From Octopus vulgaris (taxonomy: Eukaryota), in assembly GCA_951406725.2 (NCBI GenBank), contig OX597820.1, positions 91,822,001 to 91,886,000 on the forward strand: a stretch of DNA of 64,000 bases, given 5' to 3'. Positions 40,150 through 51,814 of this stretch are shown piece after piece; within the stretch, counting starts at the first letter, position 1; each line of letters begins with the position of its first letter. Below the pieces are notes generated by a model. The model saw nothing but the letters and a program-made list of their open reading frames with translations. It did not search any database and was not told the origin of the DNA. Made by a program: the position numbers and the translations under genes.

Positions 40150-40660
40150 ACAGGAACAAACTTATTGTTTTCGAGACAAAATCATAAATGTGCTTGCATT
40201 TTTCCCTGATCAAATAAAAGCTTCTCTGGAGCGTTTCCAGTGACTAGTTCAAATGCGTACGCCAGGTCAAAAAGACCACAATCATGTGCGCCAACTTGGG
40301 ATTACTAATATGAACTTGTTGAATTGTGAGAATTATGTTTATGGTGGCTACAGCATTGTTATTTGTGCTATTAGTTCTTGTGGTACTGGTAAGTTCAAAC
40401 TGTCATAAATATAAACATCTCCGAAAAAATAGGTCGACAAAAGAAAATTACTGTACTTGGTATGATGAATGAACAGTATGCGATGTGGACAGTATGTTAG
40501 AAATACAGTGCGAGAAAAAAATCGTTGGTTGTAATGGAATTTCAGGAAAAATTTCCGCTAACATTTTAAACTCAGTATCAATAGGTTTGTTGCATAACAT
40601 TTGTCCCGAAAGTAAAAACGATTACGCCTCATATTTCAGAGCAAATGTGCTCAACCAAAA
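40150..40660 (-). pseudogene. Ulp1/SENP (peptidase C48)-like cysteine protease domain inside the PLE ORF (decayed)
   Basis: Manual translation across frameshifts: FWLSTFALKYEA*SFLLSGQMLCNKPIDTEFKMLAEIFPEIPLQPT / ILFIHHTKYSNFLLSTYFFGDVYIYDSL..QELIAQI / QVGAHDCGLFDLAYAFELVTGNAPEKLLFDQGKMQAHL*FCLENNKFVP. Catalytic Asp (YDS) at 40402-40404, Gln at 40296-40298, Cys at 40278-40280. Confidence 0.75.
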
Positions 40661-40705
40661 TACTCCCTTTCCCACTGGCTCTGAATAAATAGGAAATCAG
40701 CTTTT

Positions 40706-41132
40706 TCATCTTCTTTTCCTTTTTTGCCTCCAGGGCCGAAATTTCCTTTTTTTTAATTTCATCAAACAATTACACAAATAGTTTAAACTATTTTTAGAAG
40801 AAAATACCTGTTGAAGGACACTCATAATATCTTTAATGTCTGCACCAAGCCATACTAATTTTGAAAGATAGTATTCAATAATAACTTCCATTATGTAAAA
40901 TGAATTGCTCTCACCAATCAGTTTAAACATTTGAAGCAATGAATCGTCAGGCTGTGATGCACACATTGGTATATTTGATATAAGACCGTCCGGTATAACC
41001 TTTTCTAGTTTGCACGTTTCCAGAAATGATAAATGGCTTTTGATATTAGCATGAAAACGATTCATCTTTTTTAAGTGATAGAAATATCGATTTCTCATTT
41101 TCTGATTCGTATTTGAATGGTACAAAATCCAT
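40706..41132 (-). pseudogene. PLE N-terminal domain
   Basis: LKKMNRFHANIKSHLSFLETCKLEKVIPDGL fits the PLE HxxFLxxCxxxxxIPxGL motif. The probable true start is the ATG at 41132 (MDFVPFKYE...), joined by a frameshift in an A-run. Confidence 0.75.
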
Positions 41133-41542
41133 TGTCCCAGGATTTAGCTCAACACGTGGTCTAGCGAAAGTAACAGGGCTGACAAGCCAACTGTAAGTAG
41201 AAATAAAACGCAAAAGCTCTAATTCACATTACGATTTTCCTTAGAAACCCGACTGTTTTCGTAACTTCCAGAATTTCTAAATTTTCCAATTATTATTCTG
41301 GGTAACATAACATTAGTCATCTCAGTCTTCTTGATTTTGATATTTTAAAAGGATTGACATAACTTTTCGCAAAGGTAGATAGAGAATATGAAGAATGCGA
41401 TGCGATTGCAACACATATTTGATTGGCTGAACGATATTTCAACAGAAAGCCTGTCTTTATCAAAATATCGTTCAACCAATAAAATATCTATTGCAATCAC
41501 ACCGCGCTTTTCATATTGTCTATTGTTTTTATTATTATTATT

Positions 41543-41940
41543 AAGAGGGCAGAATAGTTACCGTGCCAGGCACAATGCTTGGCATCATTTCGTCCTTCTC
41601 TGCGTTCTGAGTTCAAATTACACCCAGGTCGACTTTGCCTTTCATCCTTTTCGAGGTCGATAAAATAAGTACCAGTTGAGCAATGCAGTTGATGTAATTG
41701 TCTTAGCACCTTCCCCTGAAATTGTTGGACTTGATCGAAAAATTTGTAACCATTATTATTATTATTATTATTAAGGTGGAGAGCTAGCAGAATGTCTTGC
41801 AGCATTTCGTCCATTTTTAAGTTATGGTTTCAAATTACTCCGAAGTTGACTTTTGAAGTCAATAAAAAAATTACTAACTGTGCACTGTGCTCTTATAACT
41901 CAACAATTAACCTATTCCCAAATTTCGAGCCTTGCTCCCC
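41543..41940 (+). mobile_element. Two degenerate family-A SINEs separated by (ATT)n
   Basis: gttctgagttcaaattacacccaggtcgactttgcctttcatcc...(att)n, then aaggtggagagctagcagaa... Confidence 0.75.
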
Positions 41941-42319
41941 TTGTTCGAAGGATAATCCTCGACATTGTCGTCGTTGTCGTCATCATTATCCTTATCATCA
42001 GCATGTAGGTGACCAATCAAGTACTATGCTTATATAGGTGGATCATGACGACAATTTAATCACGCGTAATATGTTACGTATTGTACATAAAAGCGCCAGA
42101 AATCACTTCACCATAACCAATCAGTGAAATGCAATTATCTTATGAGTAAATGAATTCTAGAACTATTATGAAATATGCATAATCGAATACGTATAAGCAA
42201 AGTATTGCTATAATCGACCTCTAAAGATATTATGTTTGATCATCTGCAAGTGTTGAAACAATTGTAAACCATGAAATAAACGTAATATCACAAAATTCAT
42301 TATGCAGTTATTAAATATG

Positions 42320-42326
42320 TATGTAT

Positions 42327-42384
<58 letters not shown>

Positions 42385-42629
42385 GTGTGTATATATATAT
42401 ATATTTAGGTATATATATATGTATATATATACACACGCACACATATTTATATGTATATATATGGATATATATATACATATATATGCATATGCACGTACAT
42501 ATATTTGTGTATATATATATGCATATACATATGCATATATATGTATATATGTATATGTGTATACATGTATATATATATATGTGCGTATATATACATACAT
42601 ATATGTGTACACAAACACACACACACACA

Positions 42630-42685
<56 letters not shown>
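42320..42685. repeat. Long degenerate (TA)/(TG)/(CA) microsatellite
   Basis: Seen directly; it is the source of several spurious ORFs. Confidence 0.95.
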
Positions 42686-42687
<2 letters not shown>

Positions 42688-43124
42688 AGCTGTGTGTATT
42701 TGTGTATGTGATTATATACGAATTTGTTAAACAAAATCTACTACTACTACAAGAGATCAGCATGTGAATATAAAAGTTACATTGACTGCATTTTAATCTA
42801 AATAGCAATTTCTTCCGTTATTGTGTACTCATTACAAGGCTTATAACAAATATACGTATGTGTATGTATCTGTCGGATAATTTCGTGTAATCGGATATAT
42901 TTTATAATAATATTTATTTTGCTTTCTCTTATTTCAGCCTACAGGCTGTAATAATAAGCCATTTAATTTTCCTTTAGTTTAAGGAATGTTTAGACTTTGC
43001 ATCCTTCTACATGAGACTGAATATGTGATATTCATCATAACATATACATACGTATATTTATGATTTATATACAGCATTTATGATATATCTGTAAAATAAT
43101 TAAATGCATAAATCTCTCTCTCAC

Positions 43125-43260
43125 TTTATATATATATATGTGTATGTATGTATGTATGTATGTATGTATGTATGTATGTATGTATGTATGTATGTATGTA
43201 TGTATGTATGTATGTATGTATGTATGTATGTGTGTATTTTGCATATGAGTGTGTGTGTGT
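43125..43260. repeat. (ATGT)n / (TA)n / (GT)n microsatellite
   Basis: Seen directly. Confidence 0.95.
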
Positions 43261-43335
43261 ACGTGAGTGCGTAGGAACAGACAGTGTGAGAACGATACGG
43301 ATAGATGCAGGAATGGAACCAAATTGGTATTAGAA

Positions 43336-43376
<41 letters not shown>

Positions 43377-43444
43377 TATATATATATAAGTAATTTGATC
43401 TGAGATCGTGTGTTGTATATATATAATTTGATCTAGATCGTGTG

Positions 43445-43482
<38 letters not shown>

Positions 43483-44291
43483 CTACATACATATACATAT
43501 ATATATACGTATATAGCTATCTACCCATCTGTCTATCTATATGTATATATATATATAAATTTTACATCCGAAAATTATTATGACTATATAACATATTTGT
43601 TTGGAGACAAATTCCAGGTCTTAGAAATGTGTAAATCATTTTCATAGATTGTTTTACAACTCCTTGGAATTTTGTTATTCGTTTTTCATTTTTGTTTTCT
43701 GTGTGAAAGTTACCTTATTCAAAGTCTTGCTTAAATAAGATCTTAATGTGTCGAAATTATCCACTCCTCCCAATCAGTCGTGCTAAAACGTCTACTAGGC
43801 TTTCTGTTTTCCTATTTTGTCTCGCAGAATTATATTAAGAAATTAATTAAAATTGTAACTTTTATCTTCAATGCAACACTCCCTTTATTTTGTCATCTAA
43901 ATGCATGCGACTTTCTATCGTAAGATATTTTCTCTTAGTTCATTTTAATTATTTGCTTGCAATTTGTCCTTGATCCTGTTAGCATATGTTAAATTAACAA
44001 TAACTGACTGGGCGAGAGTTATATCAATGGTACGTTCATAAGAATCATTTCGACACAAATCAGGTATTTCTTATTCTTCTTTGTCTCCTCATCAACCACC
44101 AAATGATTAATTTATTTTCCAGGGACCATTTTCACCTACACTTTTTAAATGTTAATCTTTTCTCAAGTAGTTGCTACAAAGATTGTTTAATTTCTTTGCA
44201 TGAGATGGCAGTATTAAGAGATAAAATAGTTATCATGTGTATGACATTTAGTACAGTTCTCCTTTATTCTCTCTCTATCTCTATCTCTCCC

Positions 44292-44322
<31 letters not shown>

Positions 44323-44469
44323 ATATAACGATAGATAGACAGGTGAGATTTACAGAAACATGTGTATGTTTTTTTGTGTGTGTGTGTGTGCGTGTGTGTA
44401 ATGTACTGTTCCGTGATAAAAAACAGATGAACAAAAGATTACTGTCTGGAGAGAGATAAATATTACGTA

Positions 44470-44800
44470 TTTAAAGTACACAATACATGTTTTTAAATGC
44501 TACTAATAGTTTCATATGTTCAGAAACATCTCAAGCATATTCATCAGGCACAACCCACATATTATAACGAACTAAAAAAAATGAACTAAAGAAGAAACGC
44601 GAAAATGCTGAGAAGGCAACACTTAGAAAACGCAGAAGATTAAAAAACGGAAAACGGAAAACGTTAAAGTAAAAGCTAAAATATAAAAATTAAAATAGGT
44701 AAAAAACTTAAACTCCTTCGACCGTAAATTATAAGGCTGGAAAGGTATCAAGGAGTTAATCAGGTATAGTTAGAATTCTACAATTCTTCGAAATATATTT
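44470..44800 (-). mobile_element. PLE 3' fragment with an intact-core hammerhead (44500-44551)
   Basis: Minus strand gtgc-CTGATGA-atatgcttgagatgtttctgaacatat-GAAA-ctat-TA-gtag. Upstream are a pyrimidine-rich UTR and a frameshifted RRIVE..LI..LDTF.P remnant resembling a GIY-YIG C-terminus. Confidence 0.6.
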
Positions 44801-45609
44801 CCACATATGTTTGCAACCACTGAAAATATAAGTAACTCAGTAAGAGTTAGATATCTCATATCTGAAAAGGGTCTGAGCTCTTTCATCTAAAAATAATCTA
44901 CATTTATTTCAAACATTAACATAAGGTGTGTATTTCTCAATTATTTTCCATTTAATCACCTGAGGTGTTTCGTTAGCTTATACATATATGCTTATATTTA
45001 CATACACACAGACACACGCACAAACATACATATGCATGCGTGTACGTTTTTGATGTGCTTGTGCTTACGAAAGTCTAAAGTTCACTTCTCTGTTTATATT
45101 CGATATAATGTCGTGCTAAAATATATACCAGATTCAAGTTATACTGGAATCGGTATGATCGATCATCGCCATTAAAGGCTGAGTCCCAGTTTAGCAAGAT
45201 ATCCAGAGAGTAAATTATGTTAGGGAAAAGAATACATGTATTGTATTTTAATTATTGCGTTACTTTATTTACATTTTTGTTTCATTCGTGTTCTCATTTT
45301 CATATACAAACTGATTCTTTTCCACTGGAAATTTATGTTCTTTGTGTTACATTCATCATATTTGGTACTTGGTTTCCAAAATACAAACACTGTCACTGAA
45401 GTTTGAAATATATAACAAAGTAATAATTAATACTAATATACGTTACATTTTATGCTTTTCATAATTCATCAGAAAGTATTTCAGGTATTCTGCTGTACAT
45501 AAGTCTTGATCCATGCATGAGTTTTTGCATGTATATATAAATATATCCAAGTCTTGTGTGTCTGTGAAACTGAAAATCCGAACGGCAAGTTTAATTTCTC
45601 GGCGACAAA

Positions 45610-45670
<61 letters not shown>

Positions 45671-45671
<1 letters not shown>

Positions 45672-45902
45672 GTTTAAATATTTGTTGTGCAAGATTTTTT
45701 ATGTGAAGTCGTGTGTTGAAACAGATATTGTTATATTTCGGAATGGTCATATTGCCAGTTTAGCCAATAAAAACACACGCACTATAAGATTAATAAGATT
45801 AAGATTAATGTAAAAAATAAATATCACTGAAGCAAAATAACACCAAATATATAGTGCGTGTGTTTTTATTGCTAAACTGGCAATATGACCATTCCGAAAT
45901 AT

Positions 45903-45906
<4 letters not shown>
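45671..45906. repeat. Inverted-repeat element in (TA)n with a one-sided ~55-nt extension (PLE-tail-like)
   Basis: gttatatttcggaatggtcatattgccagtttagccaataaaaacacacgcactata (45730-45786) pairs with its reverse complement at about 45850-45906. Confidence 0.8.
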
Positions 45907-45947
<41 letters not shown>

Positions 45948-48511
45948 GTGTGTATTTGCATTTATGTGTATGTGTCTTTACTACAACCAATATCTAGTTA
46001 CGAATGTGTGTCTTACAGTCCGTTGCAGTGCCAGAATGTGTTCGCATGAACAATTGATTAATCGACTCCTACAACACTAACTTTGAACATAAATTATTAC
46101 AGTCGACGTCTCCATTTTGCATATAATACTCTAACATGTAAGCATGTACACACACAAATCCATATACGCACCGACACATACACGCACACACACAAACACA
46201 TACAAATCCACCCATGCACACAAACTGTTCATAGGTACCTCATGTAGTTGAATATGTAAGTTGCTTTTGTTTTTCTCTTTTTTTCTGTTTTTGCTAAATT
46301 CAAACTACTTAGCTTTAGTGAAGAGAAATAGAGAATGAATAATTCATAAATTTCGTTCTGCTAAAAGTAAATTGACAATAATATTGCAATTGTAAAATTA
46401 TATACACTACAGTATGTATACACTCCAAACACAGACTATTATTTATACACCTTTGCAGCGTATCGTTCTTCATCTTAGCAGTAGTAAAAGCAAAAATAAA
46501 TTGAATAATTAACAGATTCACTGCTTCCGCCAACCTAGATTTAATAGACAATCTTTGGGTGATATAAGAAATGTTTCTGAAATCAGATTTAAGCTATAGC
46601 GTCTATACCATATACCTACCACAAATTAGATTGTGTTCTTGTTTATATATTTTCCTAAATTACATATTTATGAAGTAAAGTGTCTGGATATTTGGTGAAG
46701 GAAATATATAGACCATTATAATTCATTTGTTTTATGTGATTCCTTTATTTAATCGAATTAGTAAAGTTTATGCTGTTTAATCTGACTTTGCCAGCATCTA
46801 TCGAAGTAAACAGATTAAGATATTAAAAGATTTGCTTTATTTATTCACAAAGTTTCTATTGATTTTATATTTCTTTAAAAACAATGATTATGTGTACGCT
46901 TTTCCTTTTGATATACAGTTTTCACATATTTTTTTCAGTATTACGTTTTCACTTGGTTAATTTTATATCGTGTATTTTGATGTACTTTCTTCTGAAATTG
47001 ATAGATACAGTTTACCTTATTTTAAGAAATAATCGTGATCGACCTTCAAATGGAAACTTCACTCTTAATTTAATAAGGTATTACATATATTTCGGAGATG
47101 CTTTACAAAGTACACTTGATATTCCCAAGTGAGAGCACTAGTTACACAGGAGTAAATTCGGTCAATATTAGTACATTATAACGTACCACTACATTGGCGT
47201 TTGAAGTAACATGCTGTAAAACTATTGCAATACATTTCTTCTCACAAATGCAAAAGCTCTAATATCGATTATTTTTACAATATAATATGTAGATTGACCA
47301 ATACAGTCCGATATCAACAGCAAATCAATGCTTACATACTCAAATAGAACCACACTCTTCTTGAATAATTAGATCTGTCATTCAGAAGAAATTTGAAATT
47401 CAAGCTATTTCTAGTTGCCCTAAGCCGGATGTCTCTAGAGTAATTCATTATTCTTTGTTATCTGAGAAAAGTAGTATTCTCGTTGGTGACGAATCATGTA
47501 GCCTTGTGTCACAAAGTGAACTTTCAAGAAAACACAGAGAACATTGTCAACGAACTGATAAGTTATGAAATCATTAATGATTCAAAGCGCTAAGCATATT
47601 AATTCATTTCATATCTAGTAAGTGACGTTGTTTAACAATATTAGTATTATATTTATTAAACAGTTCAATAGGAAATAGCATTTAATGCTTATGAAGTTAA
47701 ATAGTAATGAAATGTTATACCAACGTAATTGCTATTGGTGTAATAATCAACGTTTCAACAGATAGACTGGAATAAATAGCTCAGGTAAATTTATGCTTTT
47801 CGATCATAAATTATCTATCACATTGACTTGCATTAAAATTTGTTTCGCTCAATTAAATATGCACCAGACTTTTATTGACAGCATAATCATCCATGAAGAA
47901 TAGAAAAAATTATATTCACAATATTTAAGTTTTTCTCTGTTACAATTTACTTAAAACTGTTACAATGCATATTTTTCTTAAGTACACAGTCCTTTGCATT
48001 TAAAATAAGGGATATATTTCAATTCAATACACACTTTTTACTATACGCCATTATTTTCATAAGTCAATGGTAAATCGAGTCTCTTAAAATCATAACTGTA
48101 CATTGTTCGTGAAACCAACCTGTAAATAAATAAGTGTTGTCTTTAGACTTTGAATTCTATTTTTATCAATAATCTGATAGTTTTTATTTATATTATTTTA
48201 GGCCTACATTTAGTTATAAAAACATGAGAACCTCAAAGAAATTAAATTTTCCCTACCAACTGACATTTTTATTAGAAAAATGCACTATAATTTACTGGGT
48301 TGACGTGATTTTACTTTTATCGAAATTTTCCTGATAATAGTAACACACTATTTGAACCTATGATATTCCATTTATTAAACACTGCTCTTTATACACTAAT
48401 ATACCAACCCAGCTGATATTCTAATTACTAAATGACACTGTTTATTTCAGTCTAAATAATGCAATAACTTTCTGGTCCACTCATATAGATGATTATATCT
48501 GAGTTAATATA

Positions 48512-48743
48512 AGGCGGCGAGCTGGTAGAAACGTTAGCATTCCGGGCGAAATGCGTAGCCGTATTTCGTCTCTTGTTACATTCCGAGTTCAAATTCCGCA
48601 GAAGTCGACTTAGCCTTTCATCCTTTTGGGTTCGATAAATTAAGTACCAGTTATGCACTGGGGTCGATGTAATCGACTTAAACCCTTTGTCTGTCCTTGT
48701 TTGTCCCCTCTGTGTTTAGCCCCTTGTGGGTAGTAAAGAAATA
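48512..48743 (+). mobile_element. Full-length family-A SINE with an 18-bp TSD
   Basis: aggcggcgagctggtagaaacgttagc...gagttcaaattcc...gtagtaaagaaa. TSD tatatctgagttaatata at 48494-48511 and 48744-48761. Confidence 0.9.
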
Positions 48744-48816
48744 TATATCTGAGTTAATATAGGATTATATATATGTTATATGTGTGAGTTAATAAATGAT
48801 ATCATATATATATATA

Positions 48817-49006
48817 CGTTTAAATATTTGTTGTGCAAGATTTTTTATGTGAAGTCGTGTGTTGAAACAGATATTGTTATATTTCGGAATGGTCATATTG
48901 CCAGTTTAGCCAATAAAAAATAAATATCACTGAAGCAAAATAACACCAAATATATAGTGCGTGTGTTTTTATTGGCTAAACTGGCAATATGACCATTCCG
49001 AAATAT

Positions 49007-49013
<7 letters not shown>
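48817..49013. repeat. Second copy of the inverted-repeat element (as 45671-45906), with a different inversion junction
   Basis: Same left extension cgtttaaatatttgttgtgcaag...acagat and the same arms, with a shorter centre. Embedded in (TA)n. Confidence 0.8.
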
Positions 49014-49053
<40 letters not shown>

Positions 49054-51414
49054 TATTTTAAGTTCCAATTGATATTCAGTACCCACTCTGCTCTATTTTT
49101 TTTTATCATTACAGATTGCTTTCACGTTTAATATTTTCTTCGTTTTTCATTTCCATTTTTCTTAAACTTTATTCTTACTTTTCTTCGATAATCCTTCCCT
49201 AGTCTGTTATTTTCTCCTGCTTTTTTTTAAATATTTTCTACTCTGAGCTTTCCATTTATGTTAATTAGTTGTCGTTGAATAATTTAGCTTGAGTGATTAT
49301 GCTAACTTACGATGACAAGTCTCTCTTTGGAACTGCAAAACTAACCCGCATACTGCTAAATGATGAAGAAAAGCTCACGTCATTTGTACAGCTGTAAAAT
49401 TGAAATATGTTAACATCTTTTATTCTGACTGGGAATTACAGATTGCTGAGAAATATATCACATCACCAAATGCCAATACCTTGTGTTTCTATGAAAGTTA
49501 ATAACATCTTGATTGTAAGAGGATTCACTTTTTATAAGTGTCAGAACCTCTTTACGTAATCTTCTTAAAATATGAGGTGTATTTCAGAATAAAATGCGAT
49601 TTATATAAATGTAACTTTCCAAATACATGACAAAATTTTTGACATATTGCAGAAACTTTTCGGTGGAAAGACACAGCATTGCTTTCATCACATAGATAGG
49701 CTTTAGATTTTTTTTTCTGTCATAGTACTAAATATAAAGATAATAAAATCAACTCAGTGTAAACGGTTACCAACATTTATACTGATCAAGTATTTCAAGT
49801 GTCAGCTGAAATCAGTAACATATAAATAATGTTATTAATCTGGAATTCAAAGAAATTAACCGATAGAAGAAGTCATTACACACATAAAAGTATTTGAAAA
49901 AGTAATCGTGATAAAAGTATGTCTAAGAGCTTTCACTGTTGCCAGCTTTGGAGGAAAACTTTTTTGTATAACTGCTCCAACACAACAAAGGAAAAGAAGC
50001 TAACAACCACGGAGAAAACTTCACCGATATCCTATTTAAAATTAGAGAGAGTAATTAAAGATATTACTATTTATATCTGATTATAAATAATGAAACCTAA
50101 CATAGTATATTGTAGTAACAATTTACATGGAATATCAAGGTGAGAAAGATTAAGCAAATATAACAAAATAATACAACTTAATATGATACATTCATTTCAT
50201 TGAACTATTACCAGTATATGTATACAGATCTAATACTTCTTGAAAGGAAAATACTTTTTAAAGATCCAGCTATATATTAAAACTAGTATATTATATGCGC
50301 TTTACAATGTTATAGACTAGCGTAGTATAACGTTTTCCGTTTATGATTTTGCTTCGGGAATCTAGATTAAATATTAATTCATCTCAAGTATGCATTATCC
50401 GAAATATTATATTTGTAATAGAACTACGCAAGCAACACCCACTGCGCATCACGACATCGGTTCCATTATGACCAGAAGAACTGCTAAAATATGCGAAATT
50501 TCCAATCTTATAGTAATTACACACACATTCATAGTTATATACATGAATACTTATCTGTATGTATTTATGTATGCATGTATGTACCTACGTACGTATGTAT
50601 GTATGCATGTATGTATGTACGTACGTACGTATGTATGTATGTATGCATGTATGTATGTATGTGTGTGTGTGTTTGTGTGCGTGTGTGTATAATGATCTCA
50701 GATATTATAAACAGTGAGCTGAGACAGAAACGAGAAGCTGGCCCACTCATACAGATATAGAAATGGATATGTATCTATGTATGCTTTGTGTGTATATGTG
50801 TGCCCGGGCGCGTGTATGTGTAAGTGCTTGATAGTGGGCACATGAATGCTGGTCGATTATAGCTCAGATATAAGGGAAAACTGTAGAGTAACATCTCAGT
50901 CGTCAATATAGCTCACAACAGGAGCGAACAGAACGGAAATCAGATCATCATGTCAAAATCGTATAAAAGCCTTTGTTTCAACAAGCTTTAACAGGCTAAG
51001 TGGTGAAAGACGGAGGAGAAAAGCGATTGTAAATAAACCACCTACACTGACCCATAATCTACATACTTGCAACACAAACGAGCTTCTTTTCAAATCGATG
51101 ACGGGACTCAAATTTTGCATTCTACTTATGCGTTGTGACTGACAAAGAAAGTGTAGACTGCGGGACCCTCATACGTCGAAACTGTCGGAAGAGTCCATCA
51201 CACACATACACATATATTTATATATACACACATATATTTTTCTCTTTCTGTGTGTGTGTAAACTACACGTCTATTTACAAAGTTTTAATATAAAATAATC
51301 TCAAAATAACGTGGTTTACAACTAATTTATGGTCCTTTATAACAAGTTTATCGGCCCCATACTTGCACATCATATATATGATATTTTGTATCATGTGTCT
51401 AATTATATATCTAA

Positions 51415-51814
51415 CTAGCACTATCGCCCGACGTTGCTCGGGTTTGTAAGGGAAATAACTATATAAGCATTTTTAGAGAGTTATAGCCAAAAAATAGCAA
51501 AAAAATGCACTAAAAATGGAAAAAAAAGATGGTAATTTTTTTTAAATCGTTGACTCATTCTAGACATTTTTAGAGAGTTACTTCTCTTAAATAATAGCGA
51601 AAAAATGCATTAAAATGGAAAAAAAAATGATGGTAATTTTTTCTTTAAATCGTAGACTCATCGTAGACGCGCACTAATGACCAGAAGGGCTCGATATGTA
51701 TCACGACTATAAGATACCCGGTTTTGGTTAAACTTCACCGCAAAATGTGGGAGTAGTTAGGAATCTAAATCGTAGGAGACAGACAGCACACAACCTCTGT
51801 TTTATATATAAAGA
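51415..51814 (-). mobile_element. Non-autonomous Helitron (same subfamily as 9224-9756)
   Basis: + strand a|CTAGcactatcgcccgacgttgctcggg ... tttatatataaaGA|t, with the same internal direct-repeat unit. Confidence 0.9.

Larger units (their letters stand above)
38275..41390 (-). mobile_element. Decayed near-full-length Neptune-type PLE: N-terminal domain - Ulp1-like protease - RT - linker/Cys motif - GIY-YIG - pLTR
   Basis: Collinear minus-strand motifs (see sub-features). A ~40-bp direct repeat taaaaggattgac(g/a)taact(c/t)ttc(a/g)caaag lies at about 38280 and 41346, and a degenerate HHR agaCTGATGAtgtc...aacgtc at about 38405-38440. Confidence 0.85.
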
